Below are positions 37,136-47,031 of a stretch of 64,000 nt of DNA, in pieces. The translations under genes and the position numbers were made by a program. The DNA lies in assembly GCA_963699315.1 (NCBI GenBank), contig OY969433.1, positions 767,579-831,578 of the forward strand, read 5' to 3'. Position 1 is the first letter of the stretch, and each line of letters opens with the position of its first letter. Source of the stretch: an uncultured Chloroflexia bacterium. Lineage in GTDB: Bacteria; Chloroflexota; Ktedonobacteria; Ktedonobacterales; Ktedonobacteraceae. Below the pieces are notes generated by a model, which was not told the origin of the DNA, did not search any database, and worked only from the letters and a program-made list of their open reading frames with translations.

Positions 37136-38458
37136 ATGGAGAAAAAACCACGTATATGCATCGCAATCAGCACATTTTATCCGCTGGTAGGTGGCGCAGA
37201 GACTCAGACACTTGCCCAATGTCAACGACTGATTGAAACCGGCTATCCAACCCGGGTTATCACATTTCACCATAAACAGATCTGGTTGCCTTACGACAAA
37301 GTCAACGGCGTACCAATTCGACGTGTTGCCGGTGTACTGCTTGGCAAGCGCGAAAAGTTGCCGCGTATTGTACAGCGTAGCCTCTACTTCCTGGCCATGC
37401 TGGTAATGGCAATCTCTATCTGGCGCGAACGTAACAACTTTGACATCTTACAAGTCTGTCAGTTTAGTCTACTCGTCTTGCCATTAGCGCTCATCTGCTA
37501 TATAGCCAAAAAGCCAATGACAATTGTTGTCATCAGTGCTGGCGCTGAGAAACCGTCAAAGACAGGCGAGGCCGCTAGATTGTTAGCAGGTCCTCTCGAT
37601 CCAAATACGCCCTGGTTACGGGTTGATGGAAAAACATGGATCGACGGCGACCTCTATGGTTTGCAATCGGCAGGCACGATAGTTGTCAAGATAACACGAT
37701 GGCTATTGAGGCAGGTGAAAGCAGTTGTTATTGTTCTCAGCACTCGTACAGAGAGCTATCTCAGAAAAAATGGCTTTGATCTGCCAGGAACGCAGATCAT
37801 ACCGAATGGGGTTGATATCACACGATTTCAGCCAGCCCCCCAGAAAAGGGAGCTCGCCCAACAGGCAAAAACAGTCATATGCGTATCAAAAGCGCGCTAT
37901 GAAAAAGGTCTCGATGTCCTCTTACAAGCCTGGCACATCGTCCATCAGCACGTGCCCGAAGCCTACCTGGTCATTGTAGGCAACGGGCCGGTCCAACCTC
38001 AATTGGAACATATGGCAAACGCACTCAACATCGCGCAGAGCGTGGAATTTGCGGGCTTACAAACGGATATACCGGTACAACTACACCGTGGCTTGATCGG
38101 TATTCTGCCTTCACGCTGGGAAGGTATGCCCAATGCGCTCCTCGAAGCGATGGCCAGCGGACTGGCATGTATTGCGACCCGAGTCAGTGGCAGTGAAGAT
38201 ATCATTCAGCCGGGAGTAAATGGCCTTCTCGTTGAGTCGGAGGACTACCAGAGCATGGCACAGGCACTGATTACATTATTGCAATCTCAAGAGCTAACGC
38301 AACAATATGGAACCGCCGCCCATGCTCTTATCGAACAATCTTACACACTTGACCATGTATTAAATATGTACATACAACTCTATCACAATCTGCTCTCAAA
38401 CATGCCAAGTAGTCCAAAGGATCTCATTTCTACTAGCAGTTGTGCTGTGACTCCGTAG
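37136..38458 (+). CDS. GT4 glycosyltransferase
   Basis: ATG 37136 lies 1 nt after the upstream TGA. Blocks are MEKKPRICIAISTFYPLVGGAETQ and EGMPNALLEAM. Confidence 0.88.
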   Translation: MEKKPRICIAISTFYPLVGGAETQTLAQCQRLIETGYPTRVITFHHKQIWLPYDKVNGVPIRRVAGVLLGKREKLPRIVQRSLYFLAMLVMAISIWRERNNFDILQVCQFSLLVLPLALICYIAKKPMTIVVISAGAEKPSKTGEAARLLAGPLDPNTPWLRVDGKTWIDGDLYGLQSAGTIVVKITRWLLRQVKAVVIVLSTRTESYLRKNGFDLPGTQIIPNGVDITRFQPAPQKRELAQQAKTVICVSKARYEKGLDVLLQAWHIVHQHVPEAYLVIVGNGPVQPQLEHMANALNIAQSVEFAGLQTDIPVQLHRGLIGILPSRWEGMPNALLEAMASGLACIATRVSGSEDIIQPGVNGLLVESEDYQSMAQALITLLQSQELTQQYGTAAHALIEQSYTLDHVLNMYIQLYHNLLSNMPSSPKDLISTSSCAVTP

Positions 38459-38482
38459 GATTCTTGAAAGGGTAAACTTTCT

Positions 38483-40423
38483 ATGTGTGGAATAGTAGGC
38501 TTTGTTAATATGCAATGTGGATATGCGAATGCGGAACAGCTTATAAACTCTATGTGCGCGGTTATTCGCCATCGTGGACCCGATGACCAGGGAATATGGG
38601 TCAGTGATGACGACGTCGACCAGCCGACGGCGGCGCTTGGCATGCGCCGTCTCTCCATTATCGATCTTGCTGGCAGTCATCAACCTATCTTCAATGAAGA
38701 TAGGAGCAAACTGATTGTCTTCAATGGCGAAATCTATAATTATCGAGCCTTGCAGCAAGAGCTACTGGCACGTGGTCATCAGTTTCGTACAGGAGGCGAT
38801 AGCGAGACTATTCTCCATGCTTATGAAGAATATGGAGATGAATGCGTCAACCTCCTACATGGAATGTTCACATTTGCCATCTGGGATATTAAACAACAAC
38901 GCCTCTTCGCCGCACGTGATCGCTTCGGAAAAAAACCACTCAACTACTATTGGGATGGTCAGCGCCTGATTTTTGGCTCTGAAATCAAGTCGATACTTGA
39001 AACAGATATTCCACGCGAAGTTAATCCACTTGCGCTAGACGAATTTCTTGTCTATCGCTACGTGCCATCCCCATTGACTCTCTTCAAAAATATCATGAAG
39101 GTGCCAGCCGCCCACCTATTGATTTATGAGCATGGACAGGTCAGCATAAAGCGCTACTGGGATATCTCTTTTGCGCATAGCTGCCTGGATGATGAAATAA
39201 CCGCAGTGCAACAAACAAAAGCACTACTCGAGGAAGCTATTAGCATCCGCCTGATGAGTGAGGTGCCTCTGGGAGCATTCTTAAGCGGTGGTCTGGATTC
39301 TAGTGTGGTTGTTGGGATAATGAGTAAGCTGATGTCTCAACCCGTGAAGACGTTTTCTATTGGCTTCGAAGAGGATGACTATAATGAGTTGCCATATGCT
39401 CGTAAGATTGCTCAGCATTTCGGCACTGATCATCATGAATTCTTCGTCAAATATGATCTTGTATCGATACTCCCTCAACTCGTCTGGGCCTACGATGAAC
39501 CCTTTGCTGATTTATCGATGCTACCAACGTACTACGTCTCCAAACTCGCCCGCGAACATGTTACAGTAGCGCTTACCGGAGATGGTGGAGATGAAATATT
39601 CGGCGGCTATGAGCAATATCGGCGAGAATATCAGATCTATCACATTCCACGCTTGCTGCGAGGATCGCTAGCCCATGCCTCCTATCTGCTACCCGATGGC
39701 CTCCGTGGCAAAAAACGTCTGCAAACCTGGCTACGTGACTATGGAACTCGCAGCATTGAAGCATCAATGCTCTTTCCTGATTACACACGCGCTGAACTTT
39801 ATTGCGCTGATTTCTTTCAGCAGGTGCAGAAGCACATGCCTTTCGAGCGTCACTTGAGCATCTATCGAGCAGTCCAGCATCTGGACCCGACGGCCAGAAT
39901 GCAATATGCCGACACCTGTACCTATCTGGCCGATGATATCCTCGTCAAGGTCGACAAGGCCAGCATGCTCAACTCTCTGGAGACCCGAGCTCCTTTATTG
40001 GATCATCGTCTGGCAGAATATGTTGCCTCGTTGAATCCATCACTGCGCGTCAACAATGGACGTATTCATGAGGGACATGGCAAATATCTGCTTAAGAAAG
40101 TCGCACAGGATCTATTGCCAGCAGATATACTTGAACGTCCTAAGAGAGGTTTTTCGGTACCGATCAGCAATTGGTTCCGCAAGGATATGCATAGTTATGC
40201 TCATGAAGTACTCGGTTCAGCGAAAGCACGAGGACGTGGTATCTTTAGCGACAAACTTCTGCATGATCTCCTCAGAACCGATGGGGCAAGCACTCTCACC
40301 AATCATAGTCAAGCACTCTGGACGCTACTCTGCCTTGAGTTGTGGTTCCAAACCTATATGGATCCTAAAACAGAGCAAACGCGTTCAACTCATTCATCTT
40401 CCTACACAATTCAGACACCATGA
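38483..40423 (+). CDS. Asparagine synthase (glutamine-hydrolysing) family amidotransferase, copy 1
   Basis: The Ntn nucleophile is MCGI, the PP-loop is SGGLDSS, and the length is 646 aa. Confidence 0.9.
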   Translation: MCGIVGFVNMQCGYANAEQLINSMCAVIRHRGPDDQGIWVSDDDVDQPTAALGMRRLSIIDLAGSHQPIFNEDRSKLIVFNGEIYNYRALQQELLARGHQFRTGGDSETILHAYEEYGDECVNLLHGMFTFAIWDIKQQRLFAARDRFGKKPLNYYWDGQRLIFGSEIKSILETDIPREVNPLALDEFLVYRYVPSPLTLFKNIMKVPAAHLLIYEHGQVSIKRYWDISFAHSCLDDEITAVQQTKALLEEAISIRLMSEVPLGAFLSGGLDSSVVVGIMSKLMSQPVKTFSIGFEEDDYNELPYARKIAQHFGTDHHEFFVKYDLVSILPQLVWAYDEPFADLSMLPTYYVSKLAREHVTVALTGDGGDEIFGGYEQYRREYQIYHIPRLLRGSLAHASYLLPDGLRGKKRLQTWLRDYGTRSIEASMLFPDYTRAELYCADFFQQVQKHMPFERHLSIYRAVQHLDPTARMQYADTCTYLADDILVKVDKASMLNSLETRAPLLDHRLAEYVASLNPSLRVNNGRIHEGHGKYLLKKVAQDLLPADILERPKRGFSVPISNWFRKDMHSYAHEVLGSAKARGRGIFSDKLLHDLLRTDGASTLTNHSQALWTLLCLELWFQTYMDPKTEQTRSTHSSSYTIQTP

Positions 40424-40509
40424 CGCCATTAGGTATACCATTGAAGCATAGTTTGTCTATAAGAAAACTGGTAGCGACTTCAACAATTTATTAGCAAAAG
40501 GGAGAGTTT

Positions 40510-42450
40510 ATGTGTGGCATTTGTGGAATTTATAACACACACGGCGGCGAACCAGTCTCTCCGCAGACTATCGACTATATGACACGCCTGATTGCTCATC
40601 GTGGGCCAGATGATAGCGGCGCTCATATCGATGGTCCTCTCGGACTGGGTTTTGCGCGTCTCAGCATTATTGATCTCAGTGGTGGACATCAGCCAATGTG
40701 TAATGAAACCGGAGAGATCTGGATTGTCTTTAACGGTGAAATCTGGAATTATAAAGAGCTTCACAAAGATTTACAAGAAAAAGGTCATCGCTTCCGCACC
40801 AGTAGCGATACCGAAACAATTGTCCATGCCTACGAAGAGTATGGTGTGGATTGTGTAGCTCGCTTACACGGTATGTTTGGTTTCGCCATCTGGGATGGAC
40901 CACGCAAACGTCTTCTATTAGCACGAGATAAAGCAGGCAAGAAGCCACTCTACTATACACGTCTCAATGGAACAGTTATCTTTGGTTCAGAAATCAAAGC
41001 TATCTTAGGTCATCCACAAGTCAAACGCGAAGTTGACATTCAGGCAATGGCCGACTTCCTGAGTGTCCGCTATGTACCAGCACCAGCAACCCTCTTCAAG
41101 GATATTGTCAAGGTCAAGCCTGGACACTGGATACTCTTTGAGGGCGAGATTGTCCGTGAAGAATGCTATTGGGATTTCTCGTTCGGAAAGGTTGAAAAAC
41201 ACTCAATTCCGGATTATTTGGTGGGGATTAAACAACATGTCCAGCGAGCGGTTGAGGAACGGATGATGGCGGATGTTCCAGTTGGTGCTATGCTCAGTGG
41301 CGGAGTCGACTCTAGTATCATTACAGGCATCATGAGCCAACTCACCAACCATAAAGTCAACACGTTTTCTGTTGGCTTCGACCATCCAGACTATAGCGAA
41401 TTACCTTACGCTCGTATGGTTGCCAGCCATTTTAATACCGAACATCACGAATTAGTCGTTAGTGCCTCGGATCTAACTCAATATTGGCCCTTACTTACCT
41501 GGCATCGTGATGAACCAGTCAGTGAGCCGTCCGATCTGGGAGTCTATCTCATCTCCAAACTGGCACGGCAACACGTCAAAGTTGTTTTGTCAGGCGAGGG
41601 AGCCGACGAGCTCTTTGCAGGTTATCCGAAATATGTCGTTGATTGGCTAGCAAAGTATTACCACATATTACCAGCTACAGTACGCGATCAGGTCATCCAA
41701 CCACTGCTAGAAAGCCTGCCATATAGTATGCGCAAAGTAAAAACGGCGGCCCGTAATATCTCACAGCCAGCTCCGCAGCGCTGGATGAACTGGTTTGGTA
41801 TCTTCAACGGATCGCTCAAAGAGCAATTGCTGTCACATGAAACAAAGATGGCTATTGATCTAGACGCCAGCCGGGAATTCAGCCACTGGCTCCAAACAAA
41901 TCCGCAACGCGATAACCTCTCAGCAATGCTCTATCTCGACACCAAAATATGGTTGCCAGACAATCTATTGATGAAGGGCGATAAGATGACGATGGCAGCC
42001 TCACTAGAATCACGCATTCCCATGCTCGACTATAAGCTAATCGAATACGCAGCCAGCATCCCCTCGGAAGCCAAAATTAAATCATTCAAGACAAAATATC
42101 TGCTCAAACACGCATTCGCCGATCTCTTGCCTGAGCCAATTCTGACACGCAAGAAGATGGGCTTCAATGTACCAACCGGTGCTTGGTTCCGCGCAGAACA
42201 ACGCAATCTTATCAACACATTGTTACTCTCGGAGCGCATACGGAGTCGAGGCTACTTTCAAAATGACTTTATTGAACGCATGGTACGCGATCATTTGGAT
42301 GGCAAGACGAATTATCAAGCCCAAATCTTCACGCTCGCCAGCCTGGAACTCTGGTTCCGCGTCTTTATTGATCCACCCAATTTGGAGATGCCTCAAGGAT
42401 CAGTTGAAGCGTTGCTCTCTGAAGAGTATGCAGTCACCCATGCGCACTGA
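40510..42450 (+). CDS. Asparagine synthase (glutamine-hydrolysing) family amidotransferase, copy 2
   Basis: AAGGGAGAG RBS is present. It has MCGICGI, the PP-loop SGGVDSS, and is also 646 aa. Confidence 0.9.
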   Translation: MCGICGIYNTHGGEPVSPQTIDYMTRLIAHRGPDDSGAHIDGPLGLGFARLSIIDLSGGHQPMCNETGEIWIVFNGEIWNYKELHKDLQEKGHRFRTSSDTETIVHAYEEYGVDCVARLHGMFGFAIWDGPRKRLLLARDKAGKKPLYYTRLNGTVIFGSEIKAILGHPQVKREVDIQAMADFLSVRYVPAPATLFKDIVKVKPGHWILFEGEIVREECYWDFSFGKVEKHSIPDYLVGIKQHVQRAVEERMMADVPVGAMLSGGVDSSIITGIMSQLTNHKVNTFSVGFDHPDYSELPYARMVASHFNTEHHELVVSASDLTQYWPLLTWHRDEPVSEPSDLGVYLISKLARQHVKVVLSGEGADELFAGYPKYVVDWLAKYYHILPATVRDQVIQPLLESLPYSMRKVKTAARNISQPAPQRWMNWFGIFNGSLKEQLLSHETKMAIDLDASREFSHWLQTNPQRDNLSAMLYLDTKIWLPDNLLMKGDKMTMAASLESRIPMLDYKLIEYAASIPSEAKIKSFKTKYLLKHAFADLLPEPILTRKKMGFNVPTGAWFRAEQRNLINTLLLSERIRSRGYFQNDFIERMVRDHLDGKTNYQAQIFTLASLELWFRVFIDPPNLEMPQGSVEALLSEEYAVTHAH

Positions 42451-42474
42451 TCAGCAGAAAGGATTAGCCTTATT

Positions 42475-43566
42475 ATGTCTGAGACAACTACTACACTACC
42501 AGCCAAACCTTTTCGCGTTCTGATGGTAACAGGCATCTACCCAACACAACAGCGTCCGCATGCGGGCACCTTTGTCAAAACCCAAGTTGACTCACTCATC
42601 AAAGCAGGGTTAGAGGTAGAAGTTCTCCATCCCAGCATCGGACAACCCGCGCTGGTACGTTATGCCTCTACCATCGTACAGATCTGGCAGAAGGCGTTCA
42701 GCAGGCGCTATGACGTCATCAACGGCCAGTATGGACTCTGGTGTCTGATCTGCCGATTGCAATGGACAACGCCTGTCGTAGCCGCTTATATTGGTGACGA
42801 TTTATTGGGCACGATCAAAGCAGATGGCAATTATAGCTTCAAAGGGAACGCCGTTGCTCTACTGAGTCGTCAACTTTGTTATTGGGTTGAGGCCGTGATA
42901 GTTAAATCAGAACAAATGAAGCGGGCAGCGCGAGGGCATCAAGAGAAAATCTTTGTCATTCCCGATGGCGTCAACTTTGAACAATTTCATCCCGTCCCAC
43001 GTCCTGAAGCACGCAAAGACCTTGGCTGGCAACAGGATAAATACTATGTGCTTTTTGGCAATAATCCACTTATTCCAGTCAAAAACTTCGCACTCGCGCA
43101 GGCAGCAGTAGAGCGCATACGCGCAAAAGGGATAGATATCGAACTTGTCGTCGCAAGTGGCCTTCCACATGCAACGGTTATGCAATACATGAATGCAAGC
43201 AATGCTCTCATTCTATCATCACACGCCGAAGGGTCTCCCAACGTTGTCAGAGAAGCGATGGCTTGTAATGTGCCCGTGGTCGCTACCGACGTTGGGGACG
43301 TGCGTGATGTCATTGCACGTACCGCTGGATGTACTGTCTGTACACCAAACAATGTAGAGGAGATGGCAGCCGGTATTGAGGTTGCTCTCGCCCACACAGA
43401 GAGAACTACGGGACGTCAGGATACACAACATCTCGCAAGCGATGTGATTGCACAACAAATTATCAAAGTCTATGCGCAAACCACTGGCCATAACATCCAG
43501 CAGTTTCCAAAAGAAACAGGTGATGAACAAATAGCAAAGGAGACACCTTATGCACAAAAACAATAG
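42475..43566 (+). CDS. GT4 glycosyltransferase
   Basis: The N-terminus is GT-B like (FRVLMVTGIYP). The C-terminal E-x7-E region is AEGSPNVVREAM. Confidence 0.85.
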   Translation: MSETTTTLPAKPFRVLMVTGIYPTQQRPHAGTFVKTQVDSLIKAGLEVEVLHPSIGQPALVRYASTIVQIWQKAFSRRYDVINGQYGLWCLICRLQWTTPVVAAYIGDDLLGTIKADGNYSFKGNAVALLSRQLCYWVEAVIVKSEQMKRAARGHQEKIFVIPDGVNFEQFHPVPRPEARKDLGWQQDKYYVLFGNNPLIPVKNFALAQAAVERIRAKGIDIELVVASGLPHATVMQYMNASNALILSSHAEGSPNVVREAMACNVPVVATDVGDVRDVIARTAGCTVCTPNNVEEMAAGIEVALAHTERTTGRQDTQHLASDVIAQQIIKVYAQTTGHNIQQFPKETGDEQIAKETPYAQKQ

Positions 43567-44794
43567 GGTTCTCCTCCTGGTTGAAAACCTCTCAGTTCCA
43601 GCCGATCCACGGGTCTGGCGCGAAGCACAGACATTGCACCAGCATGGCTATCAAGTCAGCGTGATCTGTCCGCGCGGTGAAAACTGCGATACAGAATCCT
43701 ATGTGAACATCAATGGAATACATATATATCGCTATACACTTTCAACCAAAATTGAGAAAGCTACCGATTATATCAAAGAATATGTAACAGCCATGCTTAA
43801 CACACTTGGATTGAGCCTGAAAGTATGGCAACGGCACGGCTTTGATATCATTCATGCCGCCAATCCTCCAGACACCTTTTTCGTTATCGGACTACTTTAT
43901 CGCATCCTCGGCAAAAAATACATCTTTGATCAACATGATCTAGCTCCAGAAATGTTCGCGATTAAATTTAAAGGGCGCATGAAATGGCTTTATCATCTAC
44001 TTCAGCTCTTCGAAACGCTCTCTTATTGGACAGCCAATCTTGTCATTACGACTAATGAATCGCAGAAACGCAATGCCATTGAACGTGGTCACTGTAAACC
44101 TGAGAAAGTCGTCGTCGTACGCAATGGTCCCGACGACGATCTCCACGTTACAGCACGTGCCCCTGAGCTCGATCTGAAGATGGATTATAGATACCTGCTG
44201 GCATATATTGGTGTTATGGGGGTGCAGGATGGTGTTGAGTATGTACTTTATGCACTCAATGAGCTGATTAATAAACGCAATCGACAAGATATAGGACTGG
44301 TCTTGATGGGCAATGGTGAACAACTTCCCATGCTTAAAAATCTTACACACGACCTGCATCTCAACGACTATGTCCGCTTCACAGGTTGGATAGAAAAACA
44401 TGATTTATTACGCTATCTGAGTATCTCGACGATAGGACTTTCTCCAGATCCCAGTAACCAACTCAATGACTATAGTACGATGCTCAAAACGATGGAATAT
44501 ATGGCAATGGGATTGCCTGTTGTCGCCTTTGATCTACTTGAAACACGATACTCCGCTGCAAATGCGGCACTTTACGCTATGCCTAATCGCGTCGAAGATT
44601 TCGCAGACAAGATCGAAATCCTTTTGGAAGATGCTGCTTTAAGACAGGCAATGGGAGACTATGGGCGGAAACGCGTTGAAGATGAGCTAAGTTGGAATCA
44701 GACCAAAAAGCATCTCTTAAATGCATATCAACAAATTTTTGCAAATTCGTTCCACCCAAATAATAAAAGTAAAAAACAGCCAGTAGTTGTGTGA
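43550..44794 (+). CDS. GT4 glycosyltransferase
   Basis: AAGGAG RBS is present and the gene overlaps the upstream one by 17 nt. It has GT-B fold blocks and TMLKTMEYMAMGLPVVA. Confidence 0.85.
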   Translation: MHKNNRVLLLVENLSVPADPRVWREAQTLHQHGYQVSVICPRGENCDTESYVNINGIHIYRYTLSTKIEKATDYIKEYVTAMLNTLGLSLKVWQRHGFDIIHAANPPDTFFVIGLLYRILGKKYIFDQHDLAPEMFAIKFKGRMKWLYHLLQLFETLSYWTANLVITTNESQKRNAIERGHCKPEKVVVVRNGPDDDLHVTARAPELDLKMDYRYLLAYIGVMGVQDGVEYVLYALNELINKRNRQDIGLVLMGNGEQLPMLKNLTHDLHLNDYVRFTGWIEKHDLLRYLSISTIGLSPDPSNQLNDYSTMLKTMEYMAMGLPVVAFDLLETRYSAANAALYAMPNRVEDFADKIEILLEDAALRQAMGDYGRKRVEDELSWNQTKKHLLNAYQQIFANSFHPNNKSKKQPVVV

Positions 44795-44911
44795 TCATGC
44801 ACATGGATTGCCTAAATTAAATACATTTATTGTTAAATTACTATTAACATGAGCAAAAGAAGGGACAGGTGCTTTTATACAAGTAAAAGTATCTGTAGCA
44901 GGTAAAAACAT

Positions 44912-45865
44912 ATGAATCCAGCACGTTATTTAGTCACTGGTGGAGCAGGTTTTATTGGATCGCACATTACAGCGACTCTACTCGAGCGAGGAGAATCTGT
45001 ACGCGTATTAGATAACTATTCTACTGGTCGTTTACGCAATCAAGAGGCCTTTAAAGGATTACCAGGTCAAGTTGAAATTATTCAGGGCGATATCCGTAAT
45101 ATTGAGATCATTAACAAAGCGGTTCAAGGTATCGAGGTCGTATTCCATCAAGCTGCGCTCGCCTCAGTACCCCGCTCGATTGCCGATCCGATTAGCGCAC
45201 TTGAAGTGAATGTGAATGGAACCCATAATGTGCTGGTAGCAGCACGTGATGCCTCTGTACGTCGCGTAGTCTTTGCAAGCTCGTCATCCGTCTATGGAGA
45301 CACACCGACTCTTCCTAAGCATGAAGACATGCCCACAGCTCCCATGTCGCCATATGCGGTACATAAGCTGACTAGCGAACTGCTCTGTAGCGTCTTTACA
45401 CGCATTTATGGCCTTGAAACTGTCGCATTACGCTACTTTAACGTCTTTGGTCCGCGCCAGGATCCAAAATCTGAGTACGCGGCGGTCATTCCACGTTTTC
45501 TCACCGCACTTCTTACAAAAGAGCAGCCAGTAATCTTCGGCGATGGTGAACAGACACGAGATTTCACCTTTATCGAGAATGTTGTTCAGGCCAACCTCAA
45601 AGCCGCGACGGCTCCCGATGCGAATGGACAGGCGATGAACATTGGCTGTGGCACACGTGTATCACTCAACGAAGTGCTACAGATTGCAGGCAAACTGTTG
45701 GAAACAAAGATCAATGCCGACTACCATCCTGCACGACCTGGGGATGTCAGAGATAGTCTGGCCGACATACATAAAGCGCAACACCTGCTAGGCTATGAGC
45801 CAACTATCGGATTCGCTGCAGGCCTGGCCCGAACACTAGAAGCCATACGAACGGGTAACGAATAG
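44912..45865 (+). CDS. SDR-family NAD-dependent sugar epimerase (UDP-GlcNAc / UDP-GlcNAcA 4-epimerase-like, WbpP/TviC type)
   Basis: Motifs are GGAGFIGSH, the Y-x3-K block (SPYAVHK) and a DFTFIENV block. Confidence 0.87.
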   Translation: MNPARYLVTGGAGFIGSHITATLLERGESVRVLDNYSTGRLRNQEAFKGLPGQVEIIQGDIRNIEIINKAVQGIEVVFHQAALASVPRSIADPISALEVNVNGTHNVLVAARDASVRRVVFASSSSVYGDTPTLPKHEDMPTAPMSPYAVHKLTSELLCSVFTRIYGLETVALRYFNVFGPRQDPKSEYAAVIPRFLTALLTKEQPVIFGDGEQTRDFTFIENVVQANLKAATAPDANGQAMNIGCGTRVSLNEVLQIAGKLLETKINADYHPARPGDVRDSLADIHKAQHLLGYEPTIGFAAGLARTLEAIRTGNE

Positions 45866-45876
45866 TCCAATGCAAC

Positions 45877-45919
45877 CTCTTACGCATCTGGAGAGAATGC
45901 CATCTCAGATGCGTAAGAG
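45877..45919. terminator. Hairpin between convergent epimerase and WbpB-like genes (14-bp stem, 15-nt loop)
   Basis: ctcttacgcatctg (45877-45890) pairs with cagatgcgtaagag (45906-45919), followed by agcaaaaaattt. Confidence 0.65.
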
Positions 45920-45930
45920 CAGCAAAAAAT

Positions 45931-46944
45931 TTATTGCACAACTGTAATTGTATGCCGGGGATGACGTTGTGACTCTTCTAACGACTTCTGAGCTGCCTCT
46001 AAAACACGTACGACAGAGAGGCCGACTTCACCATTCGCACGTGGCTCTATCCCTGTACGGATCGAATTCGCAAAATCCTCACATTCCAGACGTAACGGCT
46101 CAATCCAATCTATATGCGGAATAGTAATGGCACCATAGCGATAGGAAACAACGGGATCAGCATGTACATCAGCGCCTTTATTATAGATCTTGATCATCTC
46201 AGAAGGATTTGTATCATCATAGACAACCATCCTGGCATTGCCAATCACTGTCACACGACGGATTTTGCACGGGTGCAACCAGCTCACATGAATATGGGCC
46301 GTCATAGCATCGGCAAAATCTAGATCAAGATGAGCAACATCACAGATCTGCGATTGAATATGAGCATGTGCCTGAACTTTGACATTTACAGGTGCATTGC
46401 CGAACAAATAAAGAAGTATCGATATATCATGCGGCGCCAGATCCCATATAACATTAGTATCGCTGCGAAATAGTCCTAGATTGACGCGTTCTGTTTCCAC
46501 ACAATAGATTCTTCCAAGGTCGCCACTCTGCACCAGCTTACGTAGCTCATTGACGGCTGGACTATATTCAAAGGTATGCCCCACCATCAAAATCAGCTTC
46601 CGCTGGCGAGCCAATGCCACCAGCTCCTCTGCCTCCACAACGCTGGTCGTAAGAGGTTTCTCCACCAGAACATGTTTACCATGCAACAATGCCTCTTTTG
46701 CCAAACGATAGTGCATACGTACTGGTGCTGAAATGACAACACCATCGACATCGGATTGCAACATATCATAAAAATTTGTCGTAGTCTTAATCCAAGGTTG
46801 GCTTACAGCAATTGAGTTCAGACGATTCTGATCCAGATCAGCCACTGCCGTTACAGACGCTTGAGAGAGACCATCAAGATTGCGAGCGATCTTAGGTCCC
46901 CAATATCCCCAACCAATAACCCCAAATTGTAGATCTTTTCTCAT
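45931..46944 (-). CDS. Gfo/Idh/MocA oxidoreductase (WbpB-like UDP-GlcNAcA 3-dehydrogenase candidate)
   Basis: Motifs are FGVIGWGYWGP (Rossmann) and the EKP motif (VLVEKPLTT). It is adjacent to a DegT-type aminotransferase. Confidence 0.82.
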   Translation of the reverse strand: MRKDLQFGVIGWGYWGPKIARNLDGLSQASVTAVADLDQNRLNSIAVSQPWIKTTTNFYDMLQSDVDGVVISAPVRMHYRLAKEALLHGKHVLVEKPLTTSVVEAEELVALARQRKLILMVGHTFEYSPAVNELRKLVQSGDLGRIYCVETERVNLGLFRSDTNVIWDLAPHDISILLYLFGNAPVNVKVQAHAHIQSQICDVAHLDLDFADAMTAHIHVSWLHPCKIRRVTVIGNARMVVYDDTNPSEMIKIYNKGADVHADPVVSYRYGAITIPHIDWIEPLRLECEDFANSIRTGIEPRANGEVGLSVVRVLEAAQKSLEESQRHPRHTITVVQ

Positions 46945-47031
46945 TGGAACAATCCTTTAAAGTCTTACACAGCACACAATTTTGATCTAGAGTTACACAT
47001 ACATACATGTTATCCTACTATTGACGTAGCC

